A DNA stretch of 64,000 nucleotides from Kudoa neothunni (GCA_964304625.1 OZ199839.1:6886234-6950233); one strand, 5' to 3'. Positions 38,599 to 52,833 are shown, counted from the first letter of the stretch. Translations and numbers: made by a program. Notes: generated by a model from the sequence alone, not told the origin.

Positions 38599-40201
38599 TT
38601 ACTAAGGTCATATATCGGCGAAAAGACATTCTAAAAGTTCCACTTATTTGGATATAATAATATTTTAGTATTTCATTATTGTTTTAATGTATTATCTATT
38701 TAATACCATTGAATTTGGTTCACGATAGTCTTAAAACGTAGATACATAACAAGCATGATAGTGTCTCTTTCCATCAGGGCGTTGAAACCTTGGGTTCTTG
38801 AAGTTTTTTCACTCTAAGCTAAATCTGGGGCATTTCGTTTATTCACAAAACTTGCAGATTATTGAATTCTTTGAGCTCAATTTATAAATAATAACTTTTA
38901 GAATTAGGTAAAATAATCATATTTATTGTTTTAGTAACGGGGAGAATTAAAATTATTCTAAATTTTAAAAAGATATCACGATCGCCGTCAACACGCTGTT
39001 TTCCGATTCTTAAATAATTATTACTTGAACGATTGCAATTATTATTCTGATTATATTTGTGTATTTCAACGTTATCTTTAAATTTTTCAATGTTTTTAAA
39101 CATATTTTGAAATTATAGACATATATTGCTTTAAAGTATGCGTGAAATTTTAAACGGAACCAAAAAAACGTGATATAATATGTGTTTCAATCATAATTGG
39201 TTAAAGGTAGAAGATTTAAGATTGACTTGATCAAGGTGTTAAGGACAACAACTATAGCTACTGTAAACGTTGAACAAATTTTCTCATTAATGAACGCAGT
39301 AAAAACTAAACAAAGTAACTAATTAAAGGTTGAATCTGTAAAATGTAAACTCATCGCAAAACAGTTGATCAGAAGTAATAATAATACGTTTTTGACGTCA
39401 CATCCAACAAATAAACTAACATATGATGTGAGCCAGCGATACCTTGAACGCTTGAAAAATAGATCAAACTTGTTAGCTGAGGGTTGCGAAGTTGAAGAAA
39501 ACGATTCAATTGACGACAATAATTAGAAAACGCGTTTAAAATAAAATTTTTGTTATTTTAATAATATTATCATGTTTTCTTTACGACCTTGAGTTTTTTG
39601 CCAAATCTTGGCTTCTTCAAGAATTCAATCTTTAGTATTTTCCAATACTCTCATTGGACGCCCTGCTTTCCACAACAATGGTGCATACGCCAGGATTATA
39701 GCATTAATTTTATTTCCACTAGTTTTGTATGTTATTAAGCGAATAACCCACAGCAATTTTTCAAACCAAATGATTATATTTTTTAAAAACATACCTCAGA
39801 TATCAATATGCTGTTTATCAAATTCAAAATAATCATTGATTGCCTTGGGTATACCTATAGTTTTTACCTCTTTCGTAATAAAATTAAGTTTGAATTAATG
39901 GGTATAAGTTTATTCATACTGCTGTGAAGAGGAGTTAAGCTCAGTAAATAATTTGTTACAATCACTTCCATTAAGTTAGTGAATGTATGTAATAATCTAT
40001 CTGTCCCCTCTTTTTTTTCGTAGTTATTATTTTCGTACATTTATGTTTTTATTAAGAGTTCGATTGAATTCAAAACAATTCGATTCATTATCTTCTTCGA
40101 TGTACGCGTTCGGGTCAGTTGATACATCGCCGTTCATTATTATATTCGCCATATTCAGGTTAAACAATATGTTTTGAGTCGGTTGAATTATTGTTTATAA
40201 C
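38599..40201 (+). repeat. Duplicated 3' flank of Kunitz paralogue 3
   Basis: Second copy of 14404-16026. Confidence 0.9.
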
Positions 40202-40612
40202 CCATGTGAGGATCATAAGTGTTTCTATACTGACCTCAAATAGCTTTACCAATTTTAGTAGGTGGTTACGCGGTAATTGATGCAAAGTAAAGAACGGTCG
40301 CAAACCATTGTGTCCACACTTTCGATAACCATGGCATAGTTAGACTTAAAATTAAAAAAAGTTTAACTTTGATGTCAATGGTATTGTGAGATTATCATAG
40401 TTACAAATCCCAACAAATATTTCCTGTTGTAGAGAGAGAAACATAAAAATGTGCTCATTATTACATCATCAGTCATGTTGTCAGGACTCGTTGATAACTT
40501 GTTTTCCCTAATAGTGAAACCAATTTCCAAAATATTTTTTACCGCAAATAAATATGTATAATAAAGTAAAAAATTAACTATAATCGGTAACTTATTTTAA
40601 AAATCTCATATA

Positions 40613-42429
40613 CAGTGCGTTACGGGTCGTTCGTAAATTCTGAAGTCGCGCGGGCGCAATTAGAGAGAATACAGTGTCATAAATCAGCTATAATAATCAA
40701 TTATTTTTTGGAAAAATATTCAGTTAAGGTGTTATTTTTAAAGTTTTTCACAATTACACTATGTATTTCTCTTCCCATATCCGGAATGTATTTATAACCA
40801 CTCAAACTATTATATTTTAAATAGTGTCTTAAATAAGATAAATGAGAGAGAGCAATTTTTGATGAAATAATTTAGCTTTCTTTGTCGTCCAATTTATTAA
40901 AATTTTCTTCTTCTTTAGAGTTACCATCATTAATCATGCCAAGTATTTCTTCAGAAAAATTTGAACTCAAAATTTCTTTTTCATCCATTTCAGTGTCTGT
41001 ATAGGAATTGGGGACATAGTTTGATTTTCTAAAATCCGCCGTATTGAAATAGTTAATAATTTTCGTTCTAGTCACGGCTTCAGAAGCAGATTTTATCAAA
41101 AAAAGAGCATCCAAAATATTGGATAGTGAACGTTCTAGCTGCGATTCAACTGAAGCTATGTATTGTCGGATGATAAATGTTTTGTAATGTCGTTTGAATA
41201 AGTAATTATACCCTGATCTATGGGCTGAAGGAGACTAATGGTATTTTGGGGTAAAAATACAAGCTTGATATGTGAATATTCTTGATTGACGTGGCTTACA
41301 GTTTGCATTATCCAAAAGCAATAATGTAATTTTATTTTTTCCCTTAAAATATTCATTTAAACCGACCGTATAACTTTAAATATTGAGCAGTTCATCCAAG
41401 CTTGTCGATTATGTTTATAAGTTAATGTTAATGTATTGTTTCCCTTGAAGCATCTTGGTCTTTCAAATTGCCCAATAACAAACTGAGGTGGTTTTTCATC
41501 TGCCATTGAAGAGCCCAGAAGTATTGTTACACATTTTTTCGACCTATTTAATCCCTTCAGATTGAATTCGTTTGATGTGGCATAGCTTTTACCTAAAATA
41601 TAGCAATAAAAATACCTTAAAAAGTTGCAGTTCCTCCGAAATTGTTGATAGAATAATGCGGTATCATCAATATTATATACATTCTCTGAATTAGTATTTT
41701 CCAGAATATTTTTCAGTTGTAGGAGCCAACTTTTAATTTCAATAATATTTACATTAACAGCTTCTCCATAAAATTTAATATTTTTTAAATTAAAATGTCG
41801 CTGGAAATCATGAAACCAGTCATACGTTGCGTTAGCATTAAGTTTTTCTTCTAAACATATTTTATTTTTCTCGTTGATGATTTCGACAGATATTTCAATA
41901 TTTTTTGAGCACACCCAAAGTATCCCTAATCATAAACTCTTTGGTCAAAATTTGGATTTTGTCCTTTTTCTAAGGTATTTTTTCGTTTTAGAAACCAAAC
42001 CAACTTCAAATGTTCTGATTATGTCTTCTTTTTGGTTTAAGATACTGTCGAGAGTAGATATTGAGGATATGCTTAATTATTTAATGGTTTTTGTTTTCGC
42101 TCCACGCCCTGGCTAGTTTTCGAAAAACTTTATTGTCATACTTCTCTTTAAAGTCCTAAATCGATTCTTATTTCTGCTTACCATTTCGCCATCAATCAAA
42201 AACAAGAATCTCGACGCACCCCAAAAGTTTCGAACCACGCGTCACTACAAATTACTCCATAAAAAACATTATTAATTTAAAAATATTTGATTTATATTCT
42301 TAATGGTAAACAAAGTTTTTTGATTAGTTTCATAAATAAATAACTTATTATCTACTAATTCGTGTTAATTTTGTAACATTTTCTCAAATTACGAACTACA
42401 TGTCACTACGAACGACACATCACCCACCG
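40613..42429 (-). mobile_element. Decayed pogo/Tigger (TIGD4/6-like) element
   Basis: TA|CAGTGCGTTACGGGTCGTTCGTA ... TACGAACGACACATCACCCACCG|TA. ORFs contain WFHDFQRHF, YNIDDTALFY, VIGQFERPRCFK, AWMN and FLPQNTISLLQPIDQGII. Confidence 0.85.
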
Positions 42430-42442
42430 TATATCCATTAAC

Positions 42443-42882
42443 GACCGAGGACAGATAGCACATGGGTGCGACACTCGGGCTCAGAACCTTGAGGTAATGG
42501 GTTCGAATCCGCCGGTGGTCAGACTATTGCTTCCGTGTCGGTGGGTCTCTATCCCATATTTGGGAGTTGTGGTTAAAGCGTACGCTCGCTGTGTAGTGGG
42601 GTGAGCGTGAATAAGAGTTTGAATCTCCGGAACCCATCGAAAGGCAAGTAATTTGCAGTCCCCACAGAACCAACGTCCTTAAAGGGATAGGGTTTGGGGT
42701 GGTTTTCGCCTTGAGACCAGGATGTTTAATGGGCTAAAGTCCCACACTACCGTACAAAGATAAGGGACGGGGTTTCATGCTACGTCCTGAGGTACCTAAA
42801 GCGTTAATGGAAGAGGTCTGACCAACCAGAATTCCACAACCTAATAAGTTGCGCCAGGGGTTTACCTTGTAAACAAAAAAAA
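42443..42882 (+). mobile_element. tRNA-derived SINE-like element (about 440 bp)
   Basis: GC-rich island with an A-box-like TAGCACATGGG (about 42456), a perfect B box GGTTCGAATCC (42500-42510), a degenerate cloverleaf at 42443-42521, a roughly 350-bp body and an A-rich tail. Single copy in this window. Confidence 0.65.
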
Positions 42883-43500
42883 CCAAATTTCCATTGTCCT
42901 CCGATAGTTCGGCCGCGATTATACTTGCGTTTCCTGAATTTTGATTCGTCTATTTCGACGATTTCACTAGGACCTAATGAAATATTAATTATGAGTAGAA
43001 AATATACTTACCCCCAATCTTTTGGGAATCCATTTGGAGAATATCTCCACATAGGAACCTAAATTCTTTTTTCCAGTCCACAAGTGTGTTTAAGGAGGAA
43101 ATCCCTAAATCAGATATTATGAATTTATTCCTACATTCGTGGATCCAGTAATAAATAATAAGATCGTCTAAAACTATTATTCATAATGTAGAGTAAATTA
43201 GAATACTTTAATTATTAACTTTGAAAATTCGAAAATAGAATTTTTACGAAGAGGAATAAATTTTCGACATTTTTTATTGTTACATCAAGCAAATTTATCT
43301 AGAATCATTTTTGTTTCTTTCACCAGCTTCACGGTACCGGTTTTACATTTGATACATACACCGACTCTATCTTTTAACAAATTATAATTTTTTAAAAACT
43401 CTACAAGTTTGTCTTTGTTCGAGCACAACTTATATATTTTGTTTGTGTTGAAAATTTTCACCATTTCAAACTTTAAACCACATAAGTTACCAATCATGTT
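42883..43500 (-). mobile_element. Truncated Merlin (IS1016/ISXO2-like) transposase remnant
   Basis: After removing a 38-bp intron it reads [35 protein letters not shown]. Upstream CxxC..CxxxxC zinc-ribbon remnants (ORF 43285-43497) and LVDW. Truncated at the SINE tail. Possible 5' terminus GGTACC at about 44300. Confidence 0.8.
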
Positions 43501-44824
43501 GCAGTTCGATTGATTTCTTGTTTCTGAATTGAAACTTTTTCTTGAATATATTATTCCGCAATATAATAAATTGGCTCTAGTAATTCCATAATTTATATAG
43601 TAATGTTTTTAAGAAGTTTTTCTCTTTTTAGTACTCATTTACTTTTATTAAATTAATTAACTAAGAAATTTAAAGGTTCTATGCTTTAAATTTGTTGCAG
43701 GTGTTGATATGAATAAAAGTTTAAATGCTTTTAATCAATTATTAACCTTATTATTATAATTAAGTAATTTTAACTTTGAAATATAAATATTATTTCTTTC
43801 GTGCCGTTATCAACTCATATATTAATAATCACATCAAATATAATTCTCGTAAAATTATTAATCGGAGATAAATGGCATAAATATGACGAAATGTGTATTA
43901 TAATTAATTACCTATGATTTTGTAATATAAATTCTAATAATATATACTTATAAATCTAAGTACGATTATGATAAATCTCATATTATTCTTGTTGAAATTA
44001 TAATAATTCTGACTTGCAATCGCATTATAATTTAATGGTTTCGTATTTAAACAACATTTGGGTATTGTTAATTTGTAAAAACCATGTTTTAATTCTTAGA
44101 ATTAATGATTTATGATTGGTGATTAGAATCTTTGAGGATTTCGACATCTGCATTGACGACATGTAACTCTGAAAAAATTTCTAAAACTAAAATAGCCGTG
44201 CAAATATTTTTTGAAACATAAAAGAATGCGCTAGCTGCCGAATATCCGGAGATTTCTCGCTTTAGAACGAAACTGTTTGACGCGTGCGCAGCAGGGTACC
44301 ATCGATTCTGATATGGAGGGGTTATTGAAAATTAGAATGTTAATAATATCAATTTTTAAATTACTCGTATATTTAGACGAGAAAATAAATTTTATTTTTA
44401 TTATAAAGAAAGATTTATTAAAAAATTATACATTATAAAAAATGGAGTGAACCTGAAATATAATTACTGTTTTGTGTTATATCGACTTAATTTCTATCAT
44501 TAGTGAAAAAATTATATAATTTTGTTCTATATTTAAACTATCTTTATAATTTATAAAATTCTTCTGTTAAGTGAGTCACGAAAAAGATTTTACATATTTA
44601 GAGTGAATGAGTGAACACGTTCGAGAAACTTTTCAAGAATACTCAGAGTAAATTATATTACTTTTTCAATATATTTAAATATTGTTAGCGTTAAATCATA
44701 GATCAGAACTACTAAAAGTTGATGCATGTAATTTTCAAGTTATGTTAAAAAATAATTAACTAAATTAATAAAATTCAACCACTGTAAAGACAATCAAGAC
44801 ATAATATTAAACGAAAAATATATA

Positions 44825-45719
44825 CAGTTGTGCAGGAATATTACGCACTTTTTTGGGACAAAGAATCGAGTACGTAATAACCCTGCAATACTTAGTGTCC
44901 ATGCTTTGGTGCAAGCACAAGTGGGGGGAAATTTGGTAGATGCGCGTTCATTTTTTCTGTTTTTTGTATTCTCTCGTTGCACTAATAATAACGTTAATAG
45001 AGAGATGTGACAAATTTTCGTAATAATTTTTTTATTGTTCACAGAGTATTTCAAAATAAATAAGGTAGAATTATTTTTTTCAACTAGAAATTTGTTATTT
45101 CTCTTGTTTTAAGCGAAGTTTATTTTATTTTTCAAAAGGAAAAATTTAAATTTGTAATGTGATTAAGCATTTCGATGTGATGTATTTTGAATAATTACTT
45201 TACATCCATTAGATTTTCCATTTAATTTGTTCATTTTTAGACTAACTCTCGAAGCAAACTCATGGAACAATCCTCGACCGACAGTTATAGGAGTGTTGTC
45301 TTTCATGTCGTCCTTTACGCCATTGGCTAATTTATTTTCGTATTATATTGTACCCTCTGGATAGCTTTATATTTCTCGTTCTTGAAAGTTCGATCCATTC
45401 ATTCTTATATCGAGTAGTTTGAACTTTATTAAAGAGTTTTGCGATAAAATCTTTAATCACATGAAATAGCGACTGAAAATATTTTAGATTTTATTGATAC
45501 AATTGTATTCAATGTGGTGACTGGTCTAAGGTTGGAGCGCCTAACAATATTCGTTTTAGAGCCACTCTTAGTTCCTAGTTTTTCCGAGTATTTAACAATC
45601 TACACGTTTTCTTCAATTACGCGATAATTTTTCTTACTAAGTACCAACCATGCCAATTTAATCAAACAACAGATTTGGGGTGCGCAATAACCGAGCTACG
45701 TAATAACCCTGCTCTACTG
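44825..45719. mobile_element. Non-autonomous pogo-like element (about 0.9 kb), copy 1
   Basis: TA|CAGTTGTGCAGGAATATTACG ... CGTAATAACCCTGCTCTACTG|TA. Near-identical copy at 54787-55663. Confidence 0.8.
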
Positions 45720-46108
45720 TATATGTCTAGAAATGATGAATAATTTTCCATTACATATTATGAATAATGGTGCTCTCATTTTTATTGGTTATTTAGAAAG
45801 AGGTATTATATCAAATAAAATATTATTCACATAAATAAATATAATATTTATATTTATTAAAATTGTTCTAATAATAATAATAGTGCTACTATAATACGCC
45901 ATAAAATTCGTAATGAACAATCGTAGACAATCAAAAAAATTCTCCTTTTCGTTTGAATTAACTATTATCATATAAACAACCATTCATAAATAATGAATAA
46001 TCGATCCGATTAATAAATTATGATTCATCGAAGTATTATACATAATTTAAGGAATAAAATTCGTATTTAATATCTATCATTAACGACTGTTTTATATTAA
46101 TTTGTTTG

Positions 46109-47492
46109 ATGTTGGTGTTTTCATCATTTTCCTTGTTCATAACAATTGTTACAGCAGGTAATTCACTCAATTCGTTGTATAAATAATTACTTATTGTATC
46201 AAGAGAGAGCTTTGCCTTCTTACGAGAAAGATGAAGGTCAAGCACCAGCTTGGTTGACGGATGAAGCTGCAAGAGCAAAGGCTGCTGTCGAGAGATGGTA
46301 TATCGACAAAGCTGACGCCACATGCAAACCTTTTACCTATCTTGGATCTCTCGGAAATTTTAACAATTTTGTATCGAGGGCAGCTTGCAACGGGCATCGT
46401 ATATTGTGTTTAATTAATATAAGCGTTTAATATTTAAATAGTAAAATTTAAACCAGAAGAACAAGCTGATGCATGCGAGTTAACCAATAATGTAGGAAGT
46501 TGTGAGTTAACTGGCGAAAAAATGCTGACAAGATGGTACTTCACCAAAAGTGATGTTGGCGGTAAGACGAACTCTTGTCACAGCTTCAAATACAGTGGTT
46601 GTGGTGGAAACGCAAACAATTTCGAATCGAAAAAAGAGTGTGAACAAGCTTGCCAAAGTAATTCTCTCATTATTTCATGCAGAGCTTAAAATAAATCAGT
46701 ATGATAAATATTATTTTTTAATTTTGTTGACAGATACAAAAAATGGAAAGATAGCAAATGAAAGCGACCCTACCAAACTGACTGCAACTCCAAATGAATT
46801 TGATTGCAAATTTGTGCCTGAAGTTAAAACTGACCAACCCAAAATGGGAATAGTTCCTCACAAAGAAGGAAATAGATGCGTTTATGCCGCTGTTGGAACG
46901 GCTGCCGAAAGGGGATTTTTTGATGATTTACCAAACTGTGTCAAGACTTGCATTAGTATATAATTCACTGTAGTAAATAGTCTATTTATCTCAAATAGAA
47001 AAGAAAGTTGCAGCTTGCAATGCTAACGGCCCATATCAAGTTGATCCACAAACAGAAAAATACGCAAGTGCGGTCAACGAATATTTTTATTTCAATAAAA
47101 CTCTTGCATTATGTCTGCCCTTTTTGTCAAAGGCACCAACTGATAATAACCCAAAAATTGACGATGGTGCATTGAACATATTTAGCTCTGTTGAGTTGTG
47201 TTCAAGTTTCTGCCCTGCAAGTATTAATTAAATTTAAAATAGTGTGTATAATATTAATTTAGCTGCTCATGTTGGTCAATTAACGGCGGTTGAAGCCTGT
47301 AAACTACCAAAAACTGGAGAATCAAGTGAAAGCGATAAGTACCACCTTGCTAGATATTATTACACCCACTCCGGGACTAGTGGGACATGCGCAGCGTTTA
47401 AATTTAATGGAGAAGACATGAACCTGAATAACTTCAAAACTGAAGCTGATTGCCAAAAAATTTGCAAGGAACCTCTAGACGGTTCAAATTAA
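46109..47492 (+). CDS. Secreted five-Kunitz-domain protein, paralogue 4 (377 aa)
   Basis: Exons 46109-46157, 46204-46398, 46442-46657, 46734-46955, 46999-47220, 47263-47492. The 5' half is nearly identical to paralogue 3. Confidence 0.9.
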
Positions 47493-48416
47493 TTACCAGG
47501 ATCACATCTCAGCGAAAAAACATAAGGAGAATTTTTATTATTTAGATATAAGAATATTTTAGTATTCCATTATTATGTGAATATATTATCTGCTTAAAAC
47601 CATTAAACCATTCACATACTAATGTTTAAATAACATTCATAGCAGAATTATCAGCCAGGATTTATTTGTCGTATAGCACACATTTACGAATATTCATCGT
47701 GGAGCTGTTATAATTTTGATATGAATCCATTAAGTATCGATTTCTAAATTTTTGACAAGTTTATTTTAAACGATTATTTTGAAAAAATCTAATTACTTTT
47801 CCAACAGTCTAATGGAATCCCTCGTATATCTTTACACAGTAAGAAACTAATTTCACGTAATCCTCTCGGGATCAAGAAATGCCTCAAATCGGTCACATCC
47901 AGGACTGCCACCGGGGTTTTAGAAAAACCCAAATTCGGCAAAAAGCGCTAATTTAAAGTGAAACAAAAAATAGAATCATATCTATTAAACTTTTTAATCT
48001 TCCGATCCTGTAATTACGTCTACAGATATTAAATTTAAATGTATCCTCGTATTATTGCAATTTATTGGCGCGAACACTCACTCATACTTAATGTCTAATA
48101 TAGATCAATACGCTCATAATTAATTCATTCATAGTTCAAGATATATTTTGAAATAACGTTTAAAATTTCTAATAATGTGCGACAACGTTAACTGAACAAT
48201 TGTGCAATCGTGTCACGTTAAACAATCTAAAGCGCTTTCCTTCAATATCGTAAATATTTAAACCCTGTGCGATATAATCGGAATATTATACGTTATTAAA
48301 AATATAAATATTAATGTTTCACATAATAAAATTTGTATTATTATTCAATGTTTACGGATTTGGATCTGAAACAGTATAGGTGCCCCTAATCCGCCATACG
48401 CGTTAATCGTATTATC

Positions 48417-51400
48417 CAGGGCTTCCCTAGAGGGTGCGAGAAACGGTTCTAGGGGTGCGGATAACGAGTTTCGGTGTACCTAGATCATTTAAGCGATTAT
48501 AATTACGAAATATTAAAGTAATGAAATGTTTGGTGTCAGAAATTTTAAAGATGTCACCTAAAAAGAATCTTTATGTGAACGAAACATAACACCCAATTTT
48601 TCGCTAATAATTTTTTAAATATAAAAAATTCTGAAAATCTAAAATTACGCAATTAAAAACAATGTCCCAACATATACATTATGTCAGATCGAAGTAAGTC
48701 GGTTGGACTCTAATCTTAATTATGACAGTCAAAATGTGTCGACTACATCTCGCTTAATCGCGTTGCGTTAACCATTTTTTAGTTTTTTGGTGAATTTTTA
48801 TTTACTAGTAAAGTAAAAATTCGCATTACAACAATATTAAATTCAGTTTAAATTATTTTATTTATATGCTGAGATACCATATTTTGAAATCGTTAATATT
48901 GGATTGAAATATCATTCATCAACCCAGTTGATGATACATTCTTAAATTAATTATTCAATGTGATCTTCAAAGGTTTTTATTTTCATGATTTAAAAGAAAT
49001 CTTATCAAATAGTATTAAGAATGCAGAAATTAACCCAAATTCAATTCATGATATAAATTAATGCACTAAAACATTTAAAAAATATATTGTTTACATATAT
49101 GTAATACCGATAAGTACAATATTTAGCATTTTTTTACTTTGGAATTATTACCCACAAAATCAAATCTAAAAGGTTCAGAAAATGTAGTTTCATTTTTTCC
49201 CCAACATGCATAAAATTAATAAGCATAAAAATAATTAATCACATAATTTTAAAAAAATAATTGGACAAATTTGTTAGAAAAAATACGTATAATTTGTTTA
49301 TGTTTGGACAAAACAGCCCAAAATTATTTATAAACTAAAACAATGTTTATACTTACAAAAACAGCTTACAACCGATATTTAATTAAATATGACTATTAAA
49401 AAGGCATTTTTCTTCATAATATAGGATGATTTCAAAATATGAGTTCTGATAGTTCATTTAAGCATGGAACTAATCAACAAAATTATACTAGAACATTCAG
49501 AATAAATAAATTGGATCGTAAGAAAAATAAATAAAACATCGAAGAACGAACATAATGGAGATAACATTTGCTCCAAATCTCTTTTTGTTACAATCTATAA
49601 ATTTAGAAGTGACTTTTGTGGTGCTACTTTAGAGTCCATAATTTCTTGTTTTAAAAAACTAATATGAAAAAAAGAAAAGTTTGATTAGTGAAGATGTTCT
49701 TTAGATGCCACAATCTTCATCATTACACTGTCAATTAGATAATAAAATTCCCAAATCTTGCAAGATTTGCATGCTTTTGAGTAAAATTAGATGATATGAA
49801 AAATTTATTACTGAAGTCTCGTTAGCTGAATATCGTCACCCACAAATAAACAAACAAACAAATCCCATAATAAAACCCAAAATAACTAGTGAAGTTATCA
49901 ATGTTAATTAAATAGTAATAGATTGTGAACTAACTTTTGATAATTTGTATACTTTCTCGAATCGTAAATGAGTTAACCGATTCAAAAAGAAGAAAATATT
50001 TAATGTAAACATATTTTAAAATAAAGGATAAATACTAATTCTATCCCTACCTATTTTTAATCCTAAACTTTATTCCAATATGACAAGCCACCAAAAAGTT
50101 AGGAAATGGAAGGATGAATATGCCAAATACGGTTTTACCAAAAAACTCGACGATGGTGTTGAAAAACCACAATGCGTTCTTTGTAATGTCGTTTATTCAA
50201 ATTCCAACTTGAAGCCATCAAAGTTGCTCCAACATTTTGAGAACAAACATGGTGGTAAAACACATATAGGAAACGATATCCAGTAATTAAAAGTGAAAAG
50301 AGCGCGTTATGACTTAAAGGAACACTCCCTAAATTAGGTTTCATTTCCCTAGATAAATCCTTGCTTCTTGCTTCATTCAAAATGGCTTATGAAGTAGCAA
50401 CAACGAAAACCCCCACAATATTGCAGAGATGTTGATAAAACTATGCACTTTGGGGGCTGCAAAGATGGTTTTGGATAAAGAAACAGCACAAAAACTCAAA
50501 GGAATACCATTATACAACAATGTTATCCGAAATGAAATTGATGAGATAAGTGCTGATATTCTTGATCAAATAGTTTCGGATATCAAAGCATCTCCAATGC
50601 AAATTTCACTCCAGTTGGATGAATCAATGGATGTCGATAATTGTAGTTAGCTCATCGCTTTCGTAAGATATGTGAAGTCGACTTCTATTGAGGAGGACTT
50701 TTTATTTTGAAAGGCGTTGAATACAACACCAACTGCAGTGGATATTTTCGAAATAGTTAAAGACTTTTTTAACACCAACAGAATTCCAATCACAACTATT
50801 GGATCTATTTGTACCGACGGGGCATCCATCATGTTAGGAAATAAATCGGGGTTTGTTACTCATATAAACTGCCATATTCCGGAAGTGATAATCACTCATT
50901 GTATTTTGCATCGCTGAGCTATGATATCAAAAACTTTGCCGATTGGTCTAAAATCAACAATGGATTATTGTATCAAAATAATAAATTTCATACACCGAAG
51001 AGCTTTAAATCTAAATCACAGAATTTTTAAAGCATTTTGCAATAAAATTAACGATGAAGCTTCTGTTCTTATCAACCACACAGTAGTAAGATGGTTGTCT
51101 CGAGGACGTGTTTTAAGTCGGTTTTTTGACTTAAAATATGAAATCGAGCAATTCTATTGGATCAAAAGTCGGATCTTGCTAATGTTTTCAAGTTCCAAAA
51201 TTTCTCAATTATGTTGGCATGTCTCACGTATATCTTTCAACACTTGAACGAATTAAATTATTTGCTTCAAGGAAAAGATATAAATATTAAAGTGCTTCTT
51301 ACAAGTTGCGAGCATTTCGCGAAAAGCTAACCTTATGGATTATTAGAGGAAAATATTAAAAATGAAAATGTAAACTCCGAAATTTTTCAAATTGAAAGAT

Positions 51401-51715
51401 TCTTTTGACGGCTATTTTTCTACTGGTAGTTTAAATGAATCTGATAGCTGGATTGCCAATCCATTCGCATTCAACATGGAAAAAATGGAGAACAATAATG
51501 ACGACAAAGAAAATTTGATCTAATTAAGATCGTGCCAATCAATGAAACTGTTGTTTGAGTCAAGTTTACTTCAGCACTTATAGTATCACGTCCTTAATAG
51601 TTATCCCGTTTAACGAAAAAAGCGCTGAAGATTTTAGTTCCATTTTCCACCAGGTGGTTATGTGAATCGGGGTTTTCTTTCCTTTTACACATAAAAAAAT
51701 ATAGAAGCACGTTAA
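48417..51715 (+). mobile_element. Decayed hAT/Buster (ZBED5/ZBED8-like) transposon
   Basis: Transposase remnant at 50080-51710: RKWKDEYAKYGF..PQCVLC..LKPSKLLQH, SLQLDES, ICTDGA, THCILHR, HTVVRWLSRG, PFSTRWLCESGFS. Putative left end CAGGGCTTCCC at 48417. Its linkage to this ORF and the right boundary are uncertain. Confidence 0.8.
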
Positions 51716-52833
51716 TCATATATAATCCAAATTTCAACTAGTCTTGAAAATAGAGGGTGTCAAACCCAAAATGAATAGTGAAGTCCAGCTTTATATAGTA
51801 GATATCAAATCTCAGGTTTATGGACGGAAATAAATTCATGCCACCATAATATTTCATTATTGGCGCTAAATGAGTGGTTGAGCATAAAAATCATGATATT
51901 TTTTAAACCCTAAAATAGAATTTCTTCTTATTTTGTAAATTAATGCTGATTGACCTTACCAATATATATTTCCAGTTATAAATAGGTCAGTTATTCAAAC
52001 GAAAAGAAAATCTTACTTTAAAAGTGTGACGAAATTGGAACAGTAAACCTTAATGGGTTAAATTAAAAAACAATTTGGTTTAATAAGGTGATTTTTATGT
52101 TCCTATTACTGTAGTAGATGAGCTCTTGGGGCGACCTTTGTGTTTAATTCTAATTGGATGAATTAATTCTAAGGCAAATATAAGCCAATAAATATCTTAA
52201 GTGAAACCAGGAATCTGATTATTTATAACGATGTCATAATTAAACTTCTGTAATATTGTTATTCTAAACAACGTTGACCTCAACACTCTCTTAACTTATA
52301 TTAGTGTCCATTATGCAAATATTATCATGTTAAAATACCCACGCGTCTTTGCGTATTGTGGATTCAGAATGTATTTATAAATTGAATATTTGAACAAAAA
52401 TATGAAAATTTAAACGCAAATGATACAAATAATTGTTTAATAACAGTTATTCGAGTGACAAGATTATTTTCATATAATCACGCAACTTCTACTTAATTGA
52501 CACTATCATATTCTTCAAATTTGAAAAATACTTATATCATATTTATAATGGTATTAAATGTTACTTTATGTGAAATAAAACTAAAGGAATGGCTTAATTA
52601 ACATGTTCGGACCAACAGGCACTGCGTTTTATTAAACATTCCTAACATCTAAAATAATTTTGCTTTGTATGGTATGAGTCGTATTTAGCGACCCGCACTA
52701 ATAACCATTCATACGTGTCAATAAATCGATTAGATTAGTAAACTATGAATTAATTTGAGTAATGAATATGTCTTAACGATGACAATTCATATTTAATATC
52801 ATTTATAAACGACTTTTTAAATTATTGTGAATT

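Noticed and set aside
42443-42521. Functional tRNA gene (apparent CAG anticodon)
   Set aside because: Acceptor, anticodon and T stems are mismatched and a long body follows, so it is better explained as a SINE head.
44794-45054. Overlapping ORF pair repeated at 54756-55016
   Set aside because: They lie in the terminal region of a non-autonomous pogo-like element and have no protein features.
2683-47492. Apparent length compensation (copies 1-4 are all 377 aa despite indels in exons 5 and 6)
   Set aside because: Copies 5 and 6 are 380 and 378 aa, so the pattern may be coincidence.
51740-52400. Possible retroviral-type protease remnant (VDELLGR)
   Set aside because: A single short motif with no open frame and no LTR evidence.
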